A stretch of DNA of 32,000 nucleotides from Caedibacter taeniospiralis (GTDB lineage Bacteria > Pseudomonadota > Gammaproteobacteria > Francisellales > Francisellaceae), in the NCBI RefSeq assembly GCF_002803295.2, contig NZ_PGGB02000006.1, positions 10,157 to 42,156 of the forward strand, given 5' to 3'. The first letter of the stretch is position 1. Every line of letters starts with the position of its first letter. Of the stretch, positions 10,095-17,804 are shown piece after piece. The notes beneath the pieces were generated by a model that ran no database searches, had not been told where the DNA came from, and saw only the letters and a program-made list of their open reading frames with translations. The position numbers and the translations under genes were made by a program.

Positions 10095-10285
10095 ACTAAT
10101 GGCAGATATTCGGGCTTATGGACACATTTAACACCTACTGGATACTGCTTCCCAATTGTTTGTCAATCAGTGCGTTTCTTGGCTAAATATCATTAAGCTC
10201 AAGTGTATCGTTCGTTTCCAATTACCGCTGCGGACCAGCTCTGGATTTACACCAGATTCCCTCTTGCGTTGCATTTTGAGTAAAA
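10095..10285 (-). promoter_or_regulatory. cobalamin (B12) riboswitch aptamer in the nrdA leader
   Basis: The minus strand carries AAGAGGGAAUCUGGUGUAAAUCCAGAGCUGGUCCGCAGCGGUAA (10265->10222), GCACUG...GGGAAG (10173->10148) and the B12 box AAGCCCGAAUAUCUGCC (10117->10101). Order and spacing match the cobalamin riboswitch consensus. The blocks closely resemble the E. coli btuB leader as recalled from memory. Confidence 0.88.
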
Positions 10286-10340
10286 CATATCAGCTCTGAC
10301 CATCTTTCCGTCCACCATCACCCTGCACGAAGCCGCAGGG

Positions 10341-10406
10341 GTCATTTGGAAACTGGATTCCCGCCTTCGCGCGCTTGACCCTCTAGAGTGGTCAAGCGGG
10401 AATGAC
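10341..10406. repeat. nested palindromic REP-like element (attcccgc...gcgggaat type)
   Basis: attcccgc (10357-10364) pairs with gcgggaat (10396-10403). Inside it, cttgacc (10374-10380) pairs with ggtcaag (10390-10396) around the palindrome ctctagag. Outside it are gtcatt (10341-10346) and aatgac (10401-10406). It translates to RRRESS-type peptides in the spurious ORF 10247..10540. Confidence 0.6.
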
Positions 10407-10440
10407 AGTGGGATGAAAATCTTGTCTAAGCCAACAAATC

Positions 10441-10511
10441 TGACGGATTTCAGCCCATTTTTATTTGAACAAACGCAGGGGCGTATTGAACACACCATTA
10501 GGGCTGAAATC
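10441..10511 (+). repeat. copy 2 of the ~58-nt dispersed repeat (partner at 6251-6308), with closing stem
   Basis: tgacggatttcagcccatttttatttgaacaaacgcaggggcgtattgaacacacc aligns with the reverse complement of 6251-6308 at about 83%. gatttcagccc (10446-10456) pairs perfectly with gggctgaaatc (10501-10511). Confidence 0.65.
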
Positions 10512-10598
10512 ACCATCAAAGTCAGTGAAGCAAAACACAAACCATTAGCAAATTACAAGCGATAGTGTATACGTTTTTAAACTTGCTTAGCAAGTCAT

Positions 10599-11717
10599 CT
10601 AGCTTAGGTTTTCTGCGATAGTATTTTTTATGATCATAAGCTGTTGCTGTTCAATCTTGTTTGCAATGGTTTTTTTATTACGAACATCATTAATCAACAA
10701 GGCATAGTCGTAGGTTATAAGCCTGTATTGAATGTTTTTAGCGCACTTAAGCGATGATAAAGATGCAGTATTTTCATGATAGATATATTGCAGGGCGGTA
10801 ATAAATTGCTCAAACGCCCCATTGTCGCGTAGAGCATTGATTGCTTTTAACGCACTTAGGGTGTCTTTTTCTGGTTGGGTCCTGATGCTAGCAAAGAAAT
10901 GGCGGTAGCGATAAACATTTAAACATAGTGTTTGCATGGCGCGAGGAACCTTAAGTTCATCCAGGGTGTTTGATAGGGCTTGCTCTGTTAAAAGATGGTT
11001 AAGGATAAGTGCTGATAAAACATTAACGTCTTGACAGCCACCCTGTTTTGCGTAGACAAGTGCCCGAAGATCGTCTTTATTGAGTGAGTTTAACGCTTTA
11101 AGGATATGTTGACAGGCATTAACTTGCTGCAAAGTGAAAATAAAAACCTCAGGATTTGGTGTTGCCAGAGATTTAACAAGCTCTTGGAAAATGCGTTCAC
11201 TTGAAAGGCTTTCAAGCTCTTTATTTTCAACGATTTTCTGCATGAGTTTCAAAGTCTCTGTGGCAATAGTAAACCCCAGGTAATGGTATTTAGCAGCAAA
11301 ACGAGCCACCCTTAATACACGCAAGGGATCTTCAGAAAAAGCATCACTCACATGGCGAAGTTTTCTAGCAATGATGTCTTTTTGTCCGTTAAAAGGATCG
11401 TGGAGTATGCCATTTTCGTCTATTGCCATGGCATTAATCGTTAAATCACGGCGTTTTAAATCAGCGACAAGACTGACATCGTCAGTGTTGAATTGAAACC
11501 CTTTATATCCTTTATCAATTTTGTCTTCAGTTCTTGCAAGTGCGTACTCTTCATAGGTTTTAGGATGTAAGAATACGGGGAATTTTTTACCGACTTGAAT
11601 AAAGCCCTTTTCAAGCATTTCCTGTTCACTGCCATTGATCACAAGCCAGTCTTTATCCTCGATGTTTAAACCAAGCAGTTTGTCGCGTACAGCGCCGCCG
11701 ACAAGATAGATTTCCAT
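10599..11717 (-). CDS. cca: tRNA nucleotidyltransferase (CCA-adding enzyme), short form without recognisable HD motif
   Basis: 372 aa. N-terminus MEIYLVGGAVRDKLLG...DKDW and RRDLTINA are class II nucleotidyltransferase head motifs. I see no counterpart of the E. coli Cca HD phosphohydrolase signature in the C-terminal part. Confidence 0.9.
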   Translation of the reverse strand: MEIYLVGGAVRDKLLGLNIEDKDWLVINGSEQEMLEKGFIQVGKKFPVFLHPKTYEEYALARTEDKIDKGYKGFQFNTDDVSLVADLKRRDLTINAMAIDENGILHDPFNGQKDIIARKLRHVSDAFSEDPLRVLRVARFAAKYHYLGFTIATETLKLMQKIVENKELESLSSERIFQELVKSLATPNPEVFIFTLQQVNACQHILKALNSLNKDDLRALVYAKQGGCQDVNVLSALILNHLLTEQALSNTLDELKVPRAMQTLCLNVYRYRHFFASIRTQPEKDTLSALKAINALRDNGAFEQFITALQYIYHENTASLSSLKCAKNIQYRLITYDYALLINDVRNKKTIANKIEQQQLMIIKNTIAENLS

Positions 11718-11808
11718 GTTTGTACCACGTTACCTGAGCTTATTCTTTATGTTACCAACAAATTTCGGTAAACTCTGTTTAATTTGTGATTTCCAAGATA
11801 AAAACAAC

Positions 11809-13569
11809 ATGCAAATTTCTGCTAATGCGCACAAGAAAACCTATAGTTTGTACAAAAGACTGCTCTGGGAAGTGCGCGCGCTGTGGCCATTATTACTCAT
11901 TTCGGTGATTGGCAGCATTATATATTCCGCTTGTGATGCCTATGCCATGTATTTGATTAAGCCCTTATTAAATAAAGGATTCACCCCGACAGGGGGGGAA
12001 TTCTTAAAAGGCATTGCGTTATTGTTTCTTGTGCTTTTTACCTTGCGTGGCGTGGGATCTTTTCTGTCATCATTTTTTATGGGGAAGCTCGGTGCGCAGG
12101 TGGTGTATCGCTTTCGTAAAAGAATGTTTGGCAAGTTTTTGGATCTTCCCGCACACTATTATGATAAAACGTCTTCGGGTAAGCTTTTGTCCAAGCTTTT
12201 GTACAACGTTGACCAGGTAACCAGTGCAACGGGTAACGCAATTATTACTGTGGTGCAAGATGGCACCTTTGTGATTGGTCTTATCATTGTGATGGTTGTA
12301 ACCAGCTGGCAGTTATCGATTACCGTGATTGTGGTGGCGCCATTTTTAGCCATTTTTATTACATGGATCAGTAAGAAATTTCGCCACTACAGTCGCAACA
12401 CCCAAGCTGCCATGGGCTCAGTGACGCACTTTGCCGAAGAAGCATTGATTAATTATAAGGAGATTCGCATTTTTGGTGGACAGAAATATCAACTACAGAA
12501 ATTTGATCAAAACCTGACTTACACTTATCGCCAGCAAATTAAGACTCTTATGCTTGATGGTTTATCATCACCGATCATCCAGTTTATTGGTGCAATTGTA
12601 ATTGCAGTAATTTTATTTATCGTCGCAACCTATGGTTTAAAGGAAGGTGGATGGCTTGATGCTGGTGGCTTTGTGGCGTTTTTTGCGTCGATGATGGCGA
12701 TTTTAAAGCCGATTAAAAATTTAACGAATGTGAACTCAACCATCCAAAAGGCAATTGCGGCAACTGAAGATATTTTTGAAATTCTGGATGCACAATCCGA
12801 AGAGGATACTGGGATAAAAACACTGGAAAAAGTGAAGGGTCACGTTGAATTTAAAGGCGTTCATTTTCAGTACCCCGAAAGTAAACAGATGGTGCTAAAA
12901 GAGATTAATCTCACGGCTGAAGCTGGGCAAACCGTTGCGTTGGTTGGGCGCTCAGGAGGGGGTAAAACGACGATAGTGAATTTATTGGCACGTTTCTATC
13001 AACCAACCAGGGGGCGGATCCTGCTGGATGGCGAAAATACGCAGTCATTAACTTTGGCAAACTTGCGTAGTCATATTTCGTTAGTATCGCAACATGTTAA
13101 TTTATTTGATGATACGCTTTTTCATAATATTGCTTATGGTCGCGAGGGTGAGGTTTCCGAGGAGGAAGTCATTCAAGCAGCGAAAGCGGCAAATGCGTGG
13201 GAGTTTATCGAAAAGCTTCCAAAAGGCTTATATACCGAGGTCGGGCAAAACGGCTTAAGCCTTTCAGGTGGGCAGCGTCAGCGTGTTGCCATCGCCAGAG
13301 CACTGTTGAAAAATGCGCCTGTGTTAATTTTAGATGAAGCAACGAGTGCGCTTGATAATGAGTCAGAACGTATTGTGCAGCAAGCACTTGAGAGACTCAT
13401 GAAAAACCGCACGACTTTTGTGGTAGCGCACAGATTATCAACAGTTGAACATGCGGATCAAATTGTGGTCATGGACGGTGGCGAAATTGTTGAGATCGGC
13501 AATCATCAATCGCTTTTAGAAAATGAAAACGGCTTGTATTACCAGCTATATCATCAATCACTTCACTAG
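11809..13569 (+). CDS. msbA: lipid A export ABC transporter (permease/ATPase) MsbA
   Basis: ORF 11716..13569 trimmed to the ATG at 11809, giving 586 aa versus about 582 in E. coli. Six-helix TMD followed by an NBD with Walker A GRSGGGKTT, signature LSGGQRQR and Walker B LILDEATSALD. It is followed by lpxK as in E. coli. Confidence 0.9.
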   Translation: MQISANAHKKTYSLYKRLLWEVRALWPLLLISVIGSIIYSACDAYAMYLIKPLLNKGFTPTGGEFLKGIALLFLVLFTLRGVGSFLSSFFMGKLGAQVVYRFRKRMFGKFLDLPAHYYDKTSSGKLLSKLLYNVDQVTSATGNAIITVVQDGTFVIGLIIVMVVTSWQLSITVIVVAPFLAIFITWISKKFRHYSRNTQAAMGSVTHFAEEALINYKEIRIFGGQKYQLQKFDQNLTYTYRQQIKTLMLDGLSSPIIQFIGAIVIAVILFIVATYGLKEGGWLDAGGFVAFFASMMAILKPIKNLTNVNSTIQKAIAATEDIFEILDAQSEEDTGIKTLEKVKGHVEFKGVHFQYPESKQMVLKEINLTAEAGQTVALVGRSGGGKTTIVNLLARFYQPTRGRILLDGENTQSLTLANLRSHISLVSQHVNLFDDTLFHNIAYGREGEVSEEEVIQAAKAANAWEFIEKLPKGLYTEVGQNGLSLSGGQRQRVAIARALLKNAPVLILDEATSALDNESERIVQQALERLMKNRTTFVVAHRLSTVEHADQIVVMDGGEIVEIGNHQSLLENENGLYYQLYHQSLH

Positions 13570-13585
13570 AACTTAAGTCATTTCG

Positions 13586-14602
13586 ATGCAGAAAGATTGG
13601 TATCAAACACATAAAACCTGGCGTGCCATTTTGCTTATGCCATTGTCATGGGTGTTTTCGTTTAGCGCACACGAACGTAAACTTGTATTGCAACGGCACG
13701 CTTATAAAAGCATGCTTCCCATTATTGTGGTTGGTAACATCGCTGTTGGCGGCACGGGCAAAACTCCTGTTGTACAGGTTCTGTGTCAGTATTTGCAAAA
13801 AAAAGGCTATTATCCTGCGATAATCACGCGAGGATTTGGTGGCAAGGCTAAGCATTACCCATTTGCCATTAATGAGCAGTGCTCTCCTAAAGAGTGTGGT
13901 GATGAGCCATATATGCTAAGCAAGTTACTTCAAGGCATTCCAATCGTTGTTTCACCAAAACGAGTTGATTCAGTTAAGTGGATCGAAAGTCGATTGCCAA
14001 AGGTTAATGTCATTATCAGTGATGATGGGTTACAGCATTATGCTATGGCGCGTGATATTGAAATAGCCGTCGTTGACGGACAGCGTATGTTTGGTAATGG
14101 TTTGTGTTTGCCAGCAGGTCGCTTGCGTGAGCCTGTCAGACGCTTGAAAAAAGTGGATTTTGTAATCATTAATGGTGGTGCTAATAAACGCGATTGCGAG
14201 GGAATCACTGCATTTGGGATGGAGTTAAAAGCAGATGCTTTGGTTAATATCGCCACTGGAGAACCACATTCAATTGCTGCTTTTATCATGAAATACGGCA
14301 AGGCTTGCTATGCGATTGCAGGCATTGGTAATCCCGATCGTTTTTTTGAAAGCTTACGCAGATTGGGTTTTAACGAATTAAAGGCACATCCATTTGCCGA
14401 CCATTATGCGTATAATCACAAGGACTTTGACTTTGTTACGCATGCAAATATGCCTGTAGTCATGACTCATAAGGATGCGGTTAAGTGTCAGTCGTTTGCA
14501 AAGGGTAACTGGTATTATCTGGCAGTTTTGCCAGCGATAGATAACGGTTTTTTTGAGGATGTTAGCGAAAGCCTGTCCTTGCTGGAAAAGGCAAAAAGGT
14601 GA
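13586..14602 (+). CDS. lpxK: tetraacyldisaccharide 4'-kinase
   Basis: 338 aa with P-loop VGNIAVGGTGKTP, then the DDGLQH motif and C-terminal TEKDAVK-like THKDAVK. Conserved msbA-lpxK adjacency. Confidence 0.92.
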   Translation: MQKDWYQTHKTWRAILLMPLSWVFSFSAHERKLVLQRHAYKSMLPIIVVGNIAVGGTGKTPVVQVLCQYLQKKGYYPAIITRGFGGKAKHYPFAINEQCSPKECGDEPYMLSKLLQGIPIVVSPKRVDSVKWIESRLPKVNVIISDDGLQHYAMARDIEIAVVDGQRMFGNGLCLPAGRLREPVRRLKKVDFVIINGGANKRDCEGITAFGMELKADALVNIATGEPHSIAAFIMKYGKACYAIAGIGNPDRFFESLRRLGFNELKAHPFADHYAYNHKDFDFVTHANMPVVMTHKDAVKCQSFAKGNWYYLAVLPAIDNGFFEDVSESLSLLEKAKR

Positions 14603-14619
14603 CTTAACAGAGAGTTGGG

Positions 14620-15204
14620 TTAGGGGTGATGCGCCAATTCAATATAACTCACAGGATTATCAGGGCACTCGCTAAAACCGCATTCAGCAAAGGTTGAAAT
14701 GATATTGGCAGCGATCATGATCACAAGGATCAGAAATACCATGTGGCTAAACATGCGAATTTTCTCCGCTTTTGCCTCAGCAATTTCAGCTTTATTTTGT
14801 TGGGTTTCATACTGCTGGGTTATGCCAAGGACAAGTGCAATGTAGATAATCGCGACAACACACAGTATGAATACCCAGGTGTACATGTGTAGTCCAAAAA
14901 TAGCAGAGCCGTATCCAAGAGGATCATTGATGTGTAACGCCATTTGGCGCATGGCAACGAAAGACGTTAAAACAGCCGAAAGCAGTGATAAACTATAATG
15001 CGCAGGGCGCACATGATAACGGATGTTTAATAAGAAGCCAAAGGCGATCCCTAATAAGCCCAGGCGCTGTAGCAAACACAGAGGGCAAGGGAGCTCATCC
15101 AATATAAATTGAAATAAAAATGCCATCAAAATAACGAGTGTGATGGCGAGGATTTCAATCGCATTAAATCATTTGACCAGGTTGTTGATTTGTGAAGCTT
15201 GCAT
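14620..15204 (-). pseudogene. DsbB-family disulfide bond formation protein whose frame contains an in-frame TGA at codon 12 (nonsense, recoding or sequencing error)
   Basis: The 169-aa ORF (14620..15129) carries CPLC just after a truncated first TM helix, plus a C-terminal CGFSEC pair. The same frame continues upstream through FNAIEILAITLVIL (the rest of TM1). It then reaches TGA at 15169-15171 and the ATG at 15204-15202, which has a strong SD AAGGAGA (15212-15218). Confidence 0.6.
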
Positions 15205-15216
15205 GCTCAATTCTCC

Positions 15217-15375
15217 TTAGAAGTGTAAACCAAGGTGATCAGTAGCGTGATGTAAAAACACCAACCCCATCACAATTAAAAACAGGAAAAAAAGGGTAAT
15301 TCCCGCCTTGCGATTAAACCAGGCCGTTAGTACGCTGATTAAGAGCAGCAAAAAGGTGAATAAGATTCCAGGCAT
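15217..15375 (-). CDS. small two-helix membrane protein (52 aa), not in the ORF track
   Basis: The ATG at 15375-15373 is preceded by GGAGT 7 nt upstream. The product reads MPGILFTFLLLLISVLTAWFNRKAGITLFFLFLIVMGLVFLHHATDHLGLHF. Its TAA (15219-15217) is embedded in the AAGGAGA SD of the downstream DsbB-family frame. It falls below the 60-aa cutoff of the supplied track. Confidence 0.5.
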   Translation of the reverse strand: MPGILFTFLLLLISVLTAWFNRKAGITLFFLFLIVMGLVFLHHATDHLGLHF

Positions 15376-15600
15376 ATTGGTTACTCCATTAATTAAAAAT
15401 AAACACCTTGCGAGTATAGCTTAAGTTTTGCTTGTAGTGTTCAGTTTGCATGAACGAAACAATGCCAGGTTTCTTTGTCATCATAGCAATTTAAGATAAT
15501 ATTACTCAAAGACCAATATCAAGAGCGAAGACATTAATTTGAGTGTTCAAAGTGGAAGAGCTTCCCAAAATTCCTATGGGGAGAGAGAACAGGAGATTGA

Positions 15601-16461
15601 CTATAATTTTAACCTTTTAACCAAAACATCCTGTTTTGCGTGATGTAATACTGCGTTTGCGGTGGATCCCAGGAAAAATCGACCAAAGGCACCACGCTGG
15701 TGGCTTCCCATGATGATTAAGCCATAGCCATGAGAGTTTGCAGTTTCAGTAATTTCATCCGCGGCACTGCCAGATTGCAGATAACGCTGCCCCTTGAATT
15801 GATGTTTATTAGACCAGGTTTCAAGCGTTTGTTGCATATCTTCAGTCAGCTGTGTTTGCACCTCAGGGACAATCCCGTAGATTCCAGTCACGACGGTGGG
15901 GTCACCCTCAACGCAAATCGTAGAGACAGAAGCTGAGAAAGCATGTGCAACTTCCTGCGCTAACTGGGCAACTTCTGCACTATCATCTTCCAGATCAGTA
16001 GCAAGGAGAATCTTATTGTAGTGGGTGACCTGGTTAGGGACATTTCCACGGATACGAACCGTTAAAACATCACATTTAGACTTATGTAATACGCTGTTAG
16101 CCGTCGATCCTAGCAAAAGGTTTAACCCATGGCGTGCATGAGAGCCAATGATAATTAAGTCGCAGTCATGTTCTTCTGCATAGTGAGTGATTTCATAATT
16201 TGGATTGCCTTGGGCAATGTGAAATTCAGTACTGATGCCATCAAATTTCGGCTTTATTTCTCGCAGCTTTTGTCTGGCGTTTTCCTGCAAACTTTTTTGA
16301 AAATCCATTGCCGCGGGGACAAACTCCGCCGCATTATCAATAACCGTGATCACATCAAGTTTTAACTTTAATTTCTGAGCAACTGCCACTGCAGAGGCAA
16401 TTACATGCTCAGTGTTCTCGTAAATATTGATGGCAACCAGTGCTTTTTTGTATGTCATCAT
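15601..16461 (-). CDS. universal stress protein, tandem USP domains (UspE-like)
   Basis: 286 aa made of two USP domains, each ending in the G-x2-G-x9-GS motif region (IIGSHARHGLNLLLGSTANSVLH and IMGSHQRGAFGRFFLGSTANAVLH). Confidence 0.88.
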   Translation of the reverse strand: MMTYKKALVAINIYENTEHVIASAVAVAQKLKLKLDVITVIDNAAEFVPAAMDFQKSLQENARQKLREIKPKFDGISTEFHIAQGNPNYEITHYAEEHDCDLIIIGSHARHGLNLLLGSTANSVLHKSKCDVLTVRIRGNVPNQVTHYNKILLATDLEDDSAEVAQLAQEVAHAFSASVSTICVEGDPTVVTGIYGIVPEVQTQLTEDMQQTLETWSNKHQFKGQRYLQSGSAADEITETANSHGYGLIIMGSHQRGAFGRFFLGSTANAVLHHAKQDVLVKRLKL

Positions 16462-16649
16462 TAAACTCCCTATTGTGTTTAGCCATGAGTGAAAATTCCA
16501 CGAACCCAGTGTAACAATAGTTTCTGCGAACTGCTAGGGCGCATTTCAAATTTGTGGGCGCGGAATGACGATTAAGCGCCTAAAGTCACAAACGGTTTTA
16601 GACCATCATTTGGTGAGTTCTTAATGTTACATCCATCGGGCATAAACAT

Positions 16650-17678
16650 TCACCTTTGCGCCGCTTCGATTAGTTGTAACGTATCTATTAATTTCTTAAA
16701 TGAAAACATCAGCAAACTGGCGTGTCTAAGATCACTTTGAATATTCATCGATTGACTAAATTCTTTCAAAAAGTCATTTAACTGACCATAATCCGTGACG
16801 TATTCAGCATGGTCAAAGGTCTGACTTTTCAGGTTTAAGCTTAGTTTCATGGAAACTTCATTGATTTTATTGTACATCGAAACAAACGCAGGGTTTTCCG
16901 CGAATTTTTGCCGTTTTTGCGGATAAGCTTCGACATAATCATAAATCACACAGGTATAGCGATAAAATTGACGCAAATGGCGCGTGGTAGCTTTAAGCGC
17001 ATCGATATCAATGTGCGTACTCTCGTGCATGATTTCTTTGTGCAGCACGATTTGTCTTGAGAAATGACCAAAGATTTCGACTAATATATCGCCGTAATCC
17101 CCACCTGCAAATAACCTCTGATTAAGTTTATGGATACAATTTATCGTATCAGCAAAGGATTGATAAATGCGCTTGTGCGCGTGAATAGGAAAGAAGTAGC
17201 GATTGACAATAATCGCTATGATTATTCCAACTAAAACTTCCAATGTACGATAACATGCGGTTTCAAGGCTCACATTGCTGCTAAATAAAATAATCGCCAC
17301 GGTCACAGCGCCTAAAACCCCCGCATACGTATATTTGTTTGAGCTTGTTGCTGTAAAGACAGCCACGGCAATCAGACAAAATCCCAAAACAAGTTGCATC
17401 ACCCAAAGTGTTGGGAAAATTAAGATAACAATAATTGAAGACCCTGCCCCTAGTAAAGTCCCTAAAAAACGCATCTTGGCTTTCTCAAGCGTACCCCCTA
17501 GATTGGGTTGGCTTGACATCACGACCAAAACAGTAATGACAATCCAATCATACATCTGCTCAATATCCAACCATTTGCCAAGAAGATGTCCAACGGCATA
17601 GGCAATCGCACTTGCCAAGACTGCTTTTAGCGCGTTGATTAGCGAATATCTTTTACTGTAAAGCATACTGGTGATCAC
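16650..17678 (-). CDS. FUSC / aromatic acid exporter family membrane protein
   Basis: 342 aa. The N-terminal half has about 5-6 TM helices and the C-terminal half is a soluble helical region, as in the FUSC/ArAE family. The assignment rests on architecture and general resemblance, not a sharp motif. Confidence 0.6.
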   Translation of the reverse strand: MITSMLYSKRYSLINALKAVLASAIAYAVGHLLGKWLDIEQMYDWIVITVLVVMSSQPNLGGTLEKAKMRFLGTLLGAGSSIIVILIFPTLWVMQLVLGFCLIAVAVFTATSSNKYTYAGVLGAVTVAIILFSSNVSLETACYRTLEVLVGIIIAIIVNRYFFPIHAHKRIYQSFADTINCIHKLNQRLFAGGDYGDILVEIFGHFSRQIVLHKEIMHESTHIDIDALKATTRHLRQFYRYTCVIYDYVEAYPQKRQKFAENPAFVSMYNKINEVSMKLSLNLKSQTFDHAEYVTDYGQLNDFLKEFSQSMNIQSDLRHASLLMFSFKKLIDTLQLIEAAQR

Positions 17679-17804
17679 GATAAATCTCCTGTCATTTCTA
17701 CCAGCGTCAGTATAGCGCCAAATAGTGCACGGTTTTAGATGACAAGCAAAATGGTGTTGCTATTATAAGCCTGTTTTTTTAGCTTTTTAGTGACAGGAAT
17801 TTAT

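Noticed and set aside
10247-10540. 97-aa minus-strand ORF in the nrdA upstream region
   Set aside because: It lies entirely over the cobalamin riboswitch and the palindromic repeats. Its sequence (..SSARRRESS..) is the typical translation of such repeats, and it has no SD.
10540-10576. NrdR-box-like half sites (ACACTAT.., ..TTTGTGT on the minus strand) upstream of the nrd region
   Set aside because: The sites are not convincingly palindromic 16-mers and do not have the usual two-box spacing. They lie about 250 nt upstream of the riboswitch. I could not support the call by eye.
10581-10595. Palindrome acttgc-tta-gcaagt just after the cca stop as an intrinsic terminator
   Set aside because: It is a 6-bp AT-containing stem followed by UUAAAAA rather than a U-run. 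That is too weak to annotate as a terminator.
11716-11808. 31-codon N-terminal extension of the msbA ORF
   Set aside because: The extension overlaps the divergent cca start and adds residues with no counterpart in MsbA. The ATG at 11809 gives the expected length.
14603-14619. Very short convergent intergenic gaps without terminator hairpins (lpxK/dsbB-like 17 bp, fic/yfaE 17 bp, kdsD/fis-like 10 bp)
   Set aside because: These are real, but compact convergent gene ends are common and no further structure is visible. They are not informative on their own.
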